Shown here: piece after piece, positions 11,584 through 24,219 of the stretch
Layout: each line of letters begins with the position of its first letter
Position numbering within the stretch: position 1 is the stretch's first letter
Assembly (NCBI GenBank): GCA_964057225.1
Contig: OZ059897.1
Coordinates: forward strand, 20,894,001-20,958,000
DNA from: Auanema rhodensis
Lineage: Eukaryota; Animalia; Nematoda
Length of the DNA stretch: 64,000 bases
Direction of reading: 5' to 3'
Notes under the pieces: model-generated
Database searches by the model: none
What the model was told of the DNA's origin: nothing
Seen by the model: only the letters and a program-made list of their open reading frames with translations
Program-made: the position numbers and the translations under genes

Positions 11584-14500
11584 ATCGTTTGAAAAATGAT
11601 GCATTAGTGTATGTTGAGTTTCCATGTACACTCAACATTGCTTCCAAAAACATTTTGACAAAAATTTTTTCGAAAAATTTCAAAATAATTTAGCAAAAAG
11701 TAGATGTTTTTAGATTCCTTTTTTCAAGGCAAAGACGATGGACAATGTTATTCAACGAGAAAATTAATTCTTCAGGGTGAAAATCGAGGATATAAGTGTG
11801 AACTTATATCAGTTGATATCTCGGTGCATTTTTAAGCTAGCGCAAATCTGATAACACAGATCGACGCAGCTTAAAAATCCGCATCGAATGCACTATATTA
11901 CATTGAGAAACACTTGATACAAAAATTAGTTATGATCGTTTGAAAAATGATGCATTAGTGTATGTTGAGTTTCCATGTACACTCAACATTGCTTCCAAAA
12001 ACATTTTGACAAAAATTTTTTCGAAAAATTTCAAAATAATTTAGCAAAAAGTAGATGTTTTTAGATTCCTTTTTTCAAGGCAAAGACGATGGACAATGTT
12101 ATTCAACGAAAAAATTATTTCTTCAGGGTGAAAATCGAGGATATAAGTGTGAACTTATATCAGTTGATATCTCGGTGCATTTTTAAGCTAGCGCAAATCT
12201 GATAACACAGATCGACGCAGCTTAAAAATCCGCATCGAATGCACTATACTACATTGAAAAACGCTTAATACAAAAATTAGTTATGATCGTTTGAAAAATG
12301 ATGCATTAGTGTATGTTGAGTTTCCATGTACACTCAACATTGCTTCCAAAAACATTTTGACAAAAATTTTTTCGAAAAATTTCAAAATAATTTAGCAAAA
12401 AGTAGATGTTTTTAGATTCCATTTTTCAAGGCAAAGACGATGGACAATGTTATTCAACGAAAAAATTAATTCTTCAGGGTGAAAATCGAGGATATAAGTG
12501 TGAACTTATATCAGTTGATATCTCGGTGCATTTTTAAGCTAGCGCAAATCTGATAACACAGATCGACGCAGCTTAAAAATCCGCATCGAATGCACTATAC
12601 TACATTGAGAAACGCTTGATACAAAAATTAGTTATGATCGTTTGAAAAATGATGCATTAGTGTATGTTGAGTTTCCATGTACACTCAACATTGCTTCCAA
12701 AAACATTTTGACAAAAATTTTTTCGAAAAATTTCAAAATAATTTAGCAAAAAGTAGATGTTTTTAGATTCCTTTTTTCAAGGCAAAGACGATGGACAATG
12801 TTATTCAACGAAAAAATTATTTCTTCAGGGTGAAAATCGAGGATATAAGTGTGAACTTATATCAGTTGATATCTCGGTGCATTTTTAAGCTAGCGCAAAT
12901 CTGATAACACAGATCGACGCAGCTTAAAAATCCGCATCGAATGCACTATACTACATTGAGAAAAGCTTAATACAAAAATTAGTTATGATCGTTTGAAAAA
13001 TGATGCATTAGTGTATGTTGAGTTTCCATGTACACTCAACATTGCTTCCAAAAACATTTTGACAAAAATTTTTTCGAAAAATTTCAAAATAATTTAGCAA
13101 AAAGTAGATGTTTTTAGATTCGATTTTTCAAGGCAAAGACGATGGACAATGTTATTCAACGAAAAAATTATTTCTTCAGGGTGAAAATCGAGGATATAAG
13201 TGTGAACTTATATCAGTTGATATCTCGGTGCATTTTTAAGCTAGCGCAAATCTGATAACACAGATCGACGCAGCTTAAAAATCCGCATCGAATGCACTAT
13301 ATTACATTGAAAAACGCTTAATACAAGAATTAGTTATGATCGTTTGAAAAATGATGCATTAGTGTATGTTGAGTTTCCATGTACACTCAACATTGCTTCC
13401 AAAAACATTTTGACAAAAATTTTTTCGAAAAATTTCAAAATAATTTAGCAAAAAGTAGATGTTTTTAGATTCCTTTTTTCAAGGCAAAGACGATGGACAA
13501 TGTTATTCAACGAGAAAATTAATTCTTCAGGGTGAAAATCGAGGATATAAGTGTGAACTTATATCAGTTGATATCTCGGTGCATTTTTAAGCTAGCGCAA
13601 ATCTGATAACACAGATCGACGCAGCTTAAAAATCCGCATCGAATGCACTATATTACATTGAGAAACACTTGATACAAAAATTAGTTATGATCGTTTGAAA
13701 AATGATGCATTAGTGTATGTTGAGTTTCCATGTACACTCAACATTGCTTCCAAAAACATTTTGACAAAAATTTTTTCGAAAAATTTCAAAATAATTTAGC
13801 AAAAAGTAGATGTTTTTAGATTCCTTTTTTCAAGGCAAAGACGATGGACAATGTTATTCAACGAAAAAATTATTTCTTCAGGGTGAAAATCGAGGATATA
13901 AGTGTGAACTTATATCAGTTGATATCTCGGTGCATTTTTAAGCTAGCGCAAATCTGATAACACAGATCGACGCAGCTTAAAAATCCGCATCGAATGCACT
14001 ATACTACATTGAAAAACGCTTAATACAAAAATTAGTTATGATCGTTTGAAAAATGATGCATTAGTGTATGTTGAGTTTCCATGTACACTCAACATTGCTT
14101 CCAAAAACATTTTGACAAAAATTTTTTCGAAAAATTTCAAAATAATTTAGCAAAAAGTAGATGTTTTTAGATTCCATTTTTCAAGGCAAAGACGATGGAC
14201 AATGTTATTCAACGAAAAAATTAATTCTTCAGGGTGAAAATCGAGGATATAAGTGTGAACTTATATCAGTTGATATCTCGGTGCATTTTTAAGCTAGCGC
14301 AAATCTGATAACACAGATCGACGCAGCTTAAAAATCCGCATCGAATGCACTATACTACATTGAGAAACGCTTGATACAAAAATTAGTTATGATCGTTTGA
14401 AAAATGATGCATTAGTGTATGTTGAGTTTCCATGTACACTCAACATTGCTTCCAAAAACATTTTGACAAAAATTTTTTCGAAAAATTTCAAAATAATTTA

Positions 14501-15093
14501 GCAAAAAGTAGATGTTTTTAGATTCCTTTTTTCAAGGCAAAGACGATGGACAATGTTATTCAACGAAAAAATTATTTCTTCAGGGTGAAAATCGAGGATA
14601 TAAGTGTGAACTTATATCAGTTGATATCTCGGTGCATTTTTAAGCTAGCGCAAATCTGATAACACAGATCGACGCAGCTTAAAAATCCGCATCGAATGCA
14701 CTATACTACATTGAGAAAAGCTTAATACAAAAATTAGTTATGATCGTTTGAAAAATGATGCATTAGTGTATGTTGAGTTTCCATGTACACTCAACATTGC
14801 TTCCAAAAACATTTTGACAAAAATTTTTTCGAAAAATTTCAAAATAATTTAGCAAAAAGTAGATGTTTTTAGATTCGATTTTTCAAGGCAAAGACGATGG
14901 ACAATGTTATTCAACGAAAAAATTATTTCTTCAGGGTGAAAATCGAGGATATAAGTGTGAACTTATATCAGTTGATATCTCGGTGCATTTTTAAGCTAGC
15001 GCAAATCTGATAACACAGATCGACGCAGCTTAAAAATCCGCATCGAATGCACTATATTACATTGAAAAACGCTTAATACAAGAATTAGTTATG
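11584..15093. repeat. Tandem duplication of a 5-monomer (1755-bp) block
   Basis: Monomers 34-38 and 39-43 show the same ordered series of five SNP haplotypes. Confidence 0.82.
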
Positions 15094-18000
15094 ATCGTTT
15101 GAAAAATGATGCATTAGTGTATGTTGAGTTTCCATGTACACTCAACATTGCTTCCAAAAACATTTTGACAAAAATTTTTTCGAAAAATTTCAAAATAATT
15201 TAGCAAAAAGTAGATGTTTTTAGATTCCTTTTTTCAAGGCAAAGACGATGGACAATGTTATTCAACGAGAAAATTAATTCTTCAGGGTGAAAATCGAGGA
15301 TATAAGTGTGAACTTATATCAGTTGATATCTCGGTGCATTTTTAAGCTAGCGCAAATCTGATAACACAGATCGACGCAGCTTAAAAATCCGCATCGAATG
15401 CACTATATTACATTGAAAAACGCTTAATACAAGAATTAGTTATGATCGTTTGAAAAATGATGCATTAGTGTATGTTGAGTTTCCATGTACACTCAACATT
15501 GCTTCCAAAAACATTTTGACAAAAATTTTTTCGAAAAATTTCAAAATAATTTAGCAAAAAGTAGATGTTTTTAGATTCCTTTTTTCAAGGCAAAGACGAT
15601 GGACAATGTTATTCAACGAGAAAATTAATTCTTCAGGGTGAAAATCGAGGATATAAGTGTGAACTTATATCAGTTGATATCTCGGTGCATTTTTTAGCTA
15701 GCGCAAATCTGATAACACAGATCGACGCAGCTTAAAAATCCGCATCGAATGCACTATACTACATTGAGAAAAGCTTAATACAAAAATTAGTTATGATCGT
15801 TAGAAAAATGATGCATTAGTGTATGTTGAGTTTCCATGTACACTCAACATTGCTTCCAAAAACATTTTGACAAAAATTTTTTCGAAAAATTTCAAAATAA
15901 TTTACCAAAAAGTAGATGTTTTTAGATTCCATTTTTCAAGGCAAAGACGATAGACAATGTTATTCAACGAAAAAGTTAATTCTTCAGGGTGAAAATCGAG
16001 GATATAAGTGTGAACTTATATCAGTTGATATCTCGGTGCATTTTTAAGCTAGCGCAAATCTGATAACACAGATCGACGCAGCTTAAAAATCCGCATCGAA
16101 TGCACTATACTACATTGAGAAAAGCTTAATACAAAAATTAGTTATGATCGTTAGAAAAATGATGCATTAGTGTATGTTGAGTTTCCATGTACACTCAACA
16201 TTGCTTCCAAAAACATTTTGACAAAAATTTTTTCGAAAAATTTCAAAATAATTTACCAAAAAGTAGATGTTTTTAGATTCCATTTTTCAAGGCAAAGACG
16301 ATAGACAATGTTATTCAACGAAAAAGTTAATTCTTCAGGGTGAAAATCGAGGATATAAGTGTGAACTTATATCAGTTGATATCTCGGTGCATTTTTAAGC
16401 TAGCGCAAATCTGATAACACAGATCGACGCAGCTTAAAAATCCGCATCGAATGCACTATACTACATTGAGAAAAGCTTAATACAAAAATTAGTTATGATC
16501 GTTAGAAAAATGATGCATTAGTGTATGTTGAGTTTCCATGTACACTCAACATTGCTTCCAAAAACATTTTGACAAAAATTTTTTCGAAAAATTTCAAAAT
16601 AATTTACCAAAAAGTAGATGTTTTTAGATTCCATTTTTCAAGGCAAAGACGATAGACAATGTTATTCAACGAAAAAGTTAATTCTTCAGGGTGAAAATCG
16701 AGGATATAAGTGTGAACTTATATCAGTTGATATCTCGGTGCATTTTTAAGCTAGCGCAAATCTGATAACACAGATCGACGCAGCTTAAAAATCCGCATCG
16801 AATGCACTATATTACATTGAGAAACACTTGATACAAAAATTAGTTATGATCGTTTGAAAAATGATGCATTAGTGTATGTTGAGTTTCCATGTACACTCAA
16901 CATTGCTTCCAAAAACATTTTGACAAAAATTTTTTCGAAAAATTTCAAAATAATTTAGCAAAAAGTAGATGTTTTTAGATTCCTTTTTTCAAGGCAAAGA
17001 CGATGGACAATGTTATTCAACGAAAAAATTATTTCTTCAGGGTGAAAATCGAGGATATAAGTGTGAACTTATATCAGTTGATATCTCGGTGCATTTTTAA
17101 GCTAGCGCAAATCTGATAACACAGATCGACGCAGCTTAAAAATCCGCATCGAATGCACTATATTACATTGAAAAACGCTTAATACAAGAATTAGTTATGA
17201 TCGTTTGAAAAATGATGCATTAGTGTATGTTGAGTTTCCATGTACACTCAACATTGCTTCCAAAAACATTTTGACAAAAATTTTTTCGAAAAATTTCAAA
17301 ATAATTTAGCAAAAAGTAGATGTTTTTAGATTCCTTTTTTCAAGGCAAAGACGATGGACAATGTTATTCAACGAAAAAATTATTTCTTCAGGGTGAAAAT
17401 CGAGGATATAAGTGTGAACTTATATCAGTTGATATCTCGGTGCATTTTTAAGCTAGCGCAAATCTGATAACACAGATCGACGCAGCTTAAAAATCCGCAT
17501 CGAATGCACTATACTACATTGAGAAAAGCTTAATACAAAAATTAGTTATGATCGTTTGAAAAATGATGCATTAGTGTATGTTGAGTTTCCATGTACACTC
17601 AACATTGCTTCCAAAAACATTTTGACAAAAATTTTTTCGAAAAATTTCAAAATAATTTAGCAAAAAGTAGATGTTTTTAGATTCGATTTTTCAAGGCAAA
17701 GACGATGGACAATGTTATTCAACGAAAAAATTATTTCTTCAGGGTGAAAATCGAGGATATAAGTGTGAACTTATATCAGTTGATATCTCGGTGCATTTTT
17801 AAGCTAGCGCAAATCTGATAACACAGATCGACGCAGCTTAAAAATCCGCATCGAATGCACTATATTACATTGAGAAACACTTGATACAAAAATTAGTTAT
17901 GATCGTTTGAAAAATGATGCATTAGTGTATGTTGAGTTTCCATGTACACTCAACATTGCTTCCAAAAACATTTTGACAAAAATTTTTTCGAAAAATTTCA

Positions 18001-21000
18001 AAATAATTTAGCAAAAAGTAGATGTTTTTAGATTCCTTTTTTCAAGGCAAAGACGATGGACAATGTTATTCAACGAAAAAATTATTTCTTCAGGGTGAAA
18101 ATCGAGGATATATGTGTGAACTTATATCAGTTGATATCTCGGTGCATTTTTAAGCTAGCGCAAATCTGATAACACAGATCGACGCAGCTTAAAAATCCGC
18201 ATCGAATGCACTATATTACATTGAAAAACGCTTAATACAAGAATTAGTTATGATCGTTAGAAAAATGATGCATTAGTGTATGTTGAGTTTCCATGTACAC
18301 TCAACATTGCTTCCAAAAACATTTTGACAAAAATTTTTTCGAAAAATTTCAAAATAATTTAGCAAAAAGTAGATGTTTTTAGATTCCTTTTTTCAAGGCA
18401 AAGACGATGGACAATGTTATTCAACGAGAAAATTAATTCTTCAGGGTGAAAATCGAGGATATAAGTGTGAACTTATATCAGTTGATATCTCGGTGCATTT
18501 TTAAGCTAGCGCAAATCTGATAACACAGATCGACGCAGCTTAAAAATCCGCATCGAATGCACTATACTACATTGAGAAAAGCTTAATACAAAAATTAGTT
18601 ATGATCGTTAGAAAAATGATGCATTAGTGTATGTTGAGTTTCCATGTACACTCAACATTGCTTCCAAAAACATTTTGACAAAAATGTTTTCGAAAAATTT
18701 CAAAATAATTTAGCAAAAAGTAGATGTTTTTAGATTCCTTTTTTCAAGGCAAAGACGATGGACAATGTTATTCAACGAAAAAATTATTTCTTCAGGGTGA
18801 AAATCGAGGATATAAGTGTGAACTTATATCAGTTGATATCTCGGTGCATTTTTAAGCTAGCGCAAATCTGATAACACAGATCGACGCAGCTTAAAAATCC
18901 GCATCGAATGCACTATATTACATTGAAAAACGCTTAATACAAGAATTAGTTATGATCGTTTGAAAAATGATGCATTAGTGTATGTTGAGTTTCCATGTAC
19001 ACTCAACATTGCTTCCAAAAACATTTTGACAAAAATTTTTTCGAAAAATTTCAAAATAATTTAGCAAAAAGTAGATGTTTTTAGATTCCTTTTTTCAAGG
19101 CAAAGACGATGGACAATGTTATTCAACGAAAAAATTATTTCTTCAGGGTGAAAATCGAGGATATAAGTGTGAACTTATATCAGTTGATATCTCGGTGCAT
19201 TTTTAAGCTAGCGCAAATCTGATAACACAGATCGACGCAGCTTAAAAATCCGCATCGAATGCACTATATTACATTGAAAAACGCTTAATACAAGAATTAG
19301 TTATGATCGTTTGAAAAATGATGCATTAGTGTATGTTGAGTTTCCATGTACACTCAACATTGCTTCCAAAAACATTTTGACAAAAATTTTTTCGAAAAAT
19401 TTCAAAATAATTTAGCAAAAAGTAGATGTTTTTAGATTCCTTTTTTCAAGGCAAAGACGATGGACAATGTTATTCAACGAGAAAATTAATTCTTCAGGGT
19501 GAAAATCGAGGATATAAGTGTGAACTTATATCAGTTGATATCTCGGTGCATTTTTAAGCTAGCGCAAATCTGATAACACAGATCGACGCAGCTTAAAAAT
19601 CCGCATCGAATGCACTATACTACATTGAGAAAAGCTTAATACAAAAATTAGTTATGATCGTTAGAAAAATGATGCATTAGTGTATGTTGAGTTTCCATGT
19701 ACACTCAACATTGCTTCCAAAAACATTTTGACAAAAATTTTTTCGAAAAATTTCAAAATAATTTACCAAAAAGTAGATGTTTTTAGATTCCATTTTTCAA
19801 GGCAAAGACGATAGACAATGTTATTCAACGAAAAAGTTAATTCTTCAGGGTGAAAATCGAGGATATAAGTGTGAACTTATATCAGTTGATATCTCGGTGC
19901 ATTTTTAAGCTAGCGCAAATCTGATAACACAGATCGACGCAGCTTAAAAATCCGCATCGAATGCACTATATTACATTGAGAAACACTTGATACAAAAATT
20001 AGTTATGATCGTTTGAAAAATGATGCATTAGTGTATGTTGAGTTTCCATGTACACTCAACATTGCTTCCAAAAACATTTTGACAAAAATTTTTTCGAAAA
20101 ATTTCAAAATAATTTAGCAAAAAGTAGATGTTTTTAGATTCCTTTTTTCAAGGCAAAGACGATGGACAATGTTATTCAACGAAAAAATTATTTCTTCAGG
20201 GTGAAAATCGAGGATATAAGTGTGAACTTATATCAGTTGATATCTCGGTGCATTTTTAAGCTAGCGCAAATCTGATAACACAGATCGACGCAGCTTAAAA
20301 ATCCGCATCGAATGCACTATATTACATTGAAAAACGCTTAATACAAGAATTAGTTATGATCGTTTGAAAAATGATGCATTAGTGTATGTTGAGTTTCCAT
20401 GTACACTCAACATTGCTTCCAAAAACATTTTGACAAAAATTTTTTCGAAAAATTTCAAAATAATTTAGCAAAAAGTAGATGTTTTTAGATTCCTTTTTTC
20501 AAGGCAAAGACGATGGACAATGTTATTCAACGAGAAAATTAATTCTTCAGGGTGAAAATCGAGGATATAAGTGTGAACTTATATCAGTTGATATCTCGGT
20601 GCATTTTTAAGCTAGCGCAAATCTGATAACACAGATCGACGCAGCTTAAAAATCCGCATCGAATGCACTATACTACATTGAGAAAAGCTTAATACAAAAA
20701 TTAGTTATGATCGTTAGAAAAATGATGCATTAGTGTATGTTGAGTTTCCATGTACACTCAACATTGCTTCCAAAAACATTTTGACAAAAATGTTTTCGAA
20801 AAATTTCAAAATAATTTAGCAAAAAGTAGATGTTTTTAGATTCCTTTTTTCAAGGCAAAGACGATGGACAATGTTATTCAACGAAAAAATTATTTCTTCA
20901 GGGTGAAAATCGAGGATATAAGTGTGAACTTATATCAGTTGATATCTCGGTGCATTTTTAAGCTAGCGCAAATCTGATAACACAGATCGACGCAGCTTAA

Positions 21001-22153
21001 AAATCCGCATCGAATGCACTATATTACATTGAAAAACGCTTAATACAAGAATTAGTTATGATCGTTTGAAAAATGATGCATTAGTGTATGTTGAGTTTCC
21101 ATGTACACTCAACATTGCTTCCAAAAACATTTTGACAAAAATTTTTTCGAAAAATTTCAAAATAATTTAGCAAAAAGTAGATGTTTTTAGATTCCTTTTT
21201 TCAAGGCAAAGACGATGGACAATGTTATTCAACGAAAAAATTATTTCTTCAGGGTGAAAATCGAGGATATAAGTGTGAACTTATATCAGTTGATATCTCG
21301 GTGCATTTTGAAGCTAGCGCAAATCTGATAACACAGATCGACGCAGCTTAAAAATCCGCATCGAATGCACTATATTACATTGAAAAACGCTTAATACAAG
21401 AATTAGTTATGATCGTTTGAAAAATGATGCATTAGTGTATGTTGAGTTTCCATGTACACTCAACATTGCTTCCAAAAACATTTTGACAAAAATTTTTTCG
21501 AAAAATTTCAAAATAATTTAGCAAAAAGTAGATGTTTTTAGATTCCTTTTTTCAAGGCAAAGACGATGGACAATGTTATTCAACGAGAAAATTAATTCTT
21601 CAGGGTGAAAATCGAGGATATAAGTGTGAACTTATATCAGTTGATATCTCGGTGCATTTTGAAGCTAGCGCAAATCTGATAACACAGATCGACGCAGCTT
21701 AAAAATCCGCATCGAATGCACTATACTACATTGAGAAAAGCTTAATACAAAAATTAGTTATGATCGTTAGAAAAATGATGCATTAGTGTATGTTGAGTTT
21801 CCATGTACACTCAACATTGCTTCCAAAAACATTTTGACAAAAATTTTTTCGAAAAATTTCAAAATAATTTACCAAAAAGTAGATGTTTTTAGATTCCATT
21901 TTTCAAGGCAAAGACGATAGACAATGTTATTCAACGAAAAAGTTAATTCTTCAGGGTGAAAATCGAGGATATAAGTGTGAACTTATATCAGTTGATATCT
22001 CGGTGCATTTTTAAGCTAGCGCAAATCTGATAACACAGATCGACGCAGCTTAAAAATCCGCATCGAATGCACTATATTACATTGAGAAACACTTGATACA
22101 AAAACTAGTTATGATCGTTTGAAAAATGATGCATTAGTGTATGTTGAGTTTCC

Positions 22154-22381
22154 ATGTACACTCAACATTGCTTCCAAAAACATTTTGACAAAAATTTTTT
22201 CGAAAAATTTCAAAATAATTTAGCAAAAAGTAGATGTTTTAAGATTCCATTTTTCAAGGCAAAGACGATGGACAATGTTATTCAACGAAAAAATTATTTC
22301 TTCAGGGTGAAAATCGAGGATATATGTGTGAACTTATATCAGTTGATATCTCGGTGCATTTTTAAGCTAGCGCAAATCTGA
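22154..22381 (+). other. Fortuitous 75-aa ORF inside recombinant monomer 64; very probably non-coding
   Basis: The ATG is monomer position 41, present in nearly all copies. The frame normally stops at TAG (128-130), or at TAA (182-184) in T128A copies. Only this monomer has both AAG and TAT. The F/K/N-rich peptide reflects A/T tracts and shows no recognisable motif. Confidence 0.85.
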
Positions 22382-24219
22382 TAACACAGATCGACGCAGC
22401 TTAAAAATCCGCATCGAATGCACTATATTACATTGAAAAACGCTTAATACAAGAATTAGTTATGATCGTTTGAAAAATGATGCATTAGTGTATGTTGAGT
22501 TTCCATGTACACTCAACATTGCTTCCAAAAACATTTTGACAAAAATTTTTTCGAAAAATTTCAAAATAATTTAGCAAAAAGTAGATGTTTTTAGATTCCT
22601 TTTTTCAAGGCAAAGACGATGGACAATGTTATTCAACGAGAAAATTAATTCTTCAGGGTGAAAATCGAGGATATAAGTGTGAACTTATATCAGTTGATAT
22701 CTCGGTGCATTTTGAAGCTAGCGCAAATCTGATAACACAGATCGACGCAGCTTAAAAATCCGCATCGAATGCACTATACTACATTGAGAAAAGCTTAATA
22801 CAAAAATTAGTTATGATCGTTAGAAAAATGATGCATTAGTGTATGTTGAGTTTCCATGTACACTCAACATTGCTTCCAAAAACATTTTGACAAAAATTTT
22901 TTCGAAAAATTTCAAAATAATTTACCAAAAAGTAGATGTTTTTAGATTCCATTTTTCAAGGCAAAGACGATAGACAATGTTATTCAACGAAAAAGTTAAT
23001 TCTTCAGGGTGAAAATCGAGGATATAAGTGTGAACTTATATCAGTTGATATCTCGGTGCATTTTTAAGCTAGCGCAAATCTGATAACACAGATCGACGCA
23101 GCTTAAAAATCCGCATCGAATGCACTATATTACATTGAGAAACACTTGATACAAAAATTAGTTATGATCGTTTGAAAAATGATGCATTAGTGTATGTTGA
23201 GTTTCCATGTACACTCAACATTGCTTCCAAAAACATTTTGACAAAAATTTTTTCGAAAAATTTCAAAATAATTTAGCAAAAAGTAGATGTTTTTAGATTC
23301 CTTTTTTCAAGGCAAAGACGATGGACAATGTTATTCAACGAAAAAATTATTTCTTCAGGGTGAAAATCGAGGATATATGTGTGAACTTATATCAGTTGAT
23401 ATCTCGGTGCATTTTTAAGCTAGCGCAAATCTGATAACACAGGTCGACGCAGCTTAAAAATCCGCATCGAATGCACTATATTACATTGAAAAACGCTTAA
23501 TACAAGAATTAGTTATGATCGTTTGAAAAATGATGCATTAGTGTATGTTGAGTTTCCATGTACACTCAACATTGCTTCCAAAAACATTTTGACAAAAATT
23601 TTTTCGAAAAATTTCAAAATAATTTAGCAAAAAGTAGATGTTTTTAGATTCCTTTTTTCAAGGCAAAGACGATGGACAATGTTATTCAACGAGAAAATTA
23701 ATTCTTCAGGGTGAAAATCGAGGATATAAGTGTGAACTTATATCAGTTGATATCTCGGTGCATTTTTAAGCTAGCGCAAATCTGATAACACAGATCGACG
23801 CAGCTTAAAAATCCGCATCGAATGCACTATACTACATTGAGAAAAGCTTAATACAAAAATTAGTTATGATCGTTAGAAAAATGATGCATTAGTGTATGTT
23901 GAGTTTCCATGTACACTCAACATTGCTTCCAAAAACATTTTGACAAAAATTTTTTCGAAAAATTTCAAAATAATTTACCAAAAAGTAGATGTTTTTAGAT
24001 TCCATTTTTCAAGGCAAAGACGATAGACAATGTTATTCAACGAAAAAGTTAATTCTTCAGGGTGAAAATCGAGGATATAAGTGTGAACTTATATCAGTTG
24101 ATATCTCGGTGCATTTTTAAGCTAGCGCAAATCTGATAACACAGATCGACGCAGCTTAAAAATCCGCATCGAATGCACTATATTACATTGAGAAACACTT
24201 GATACAAAAACTAGTTATG

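Larger units (their letters stand above)
1..24219. repeat. Satellite sub-domain 1 (monomers 1-69)
   Basis: Rich in G110C (TTTACC), A340G (ACAAG) and TATT at 182-185. I saw no C299G (CCGG), T140C or A183G variant here. Confidence 0.85.

Noticed and set aside
22154-22381. 75-aa ORF as a real protein-coding gene
   Set aside because: It lies wholly in one satellite monomer, the same frame is stopped in all other copies, and it has no recognisable domain and a composition dictated by A/T tracts.
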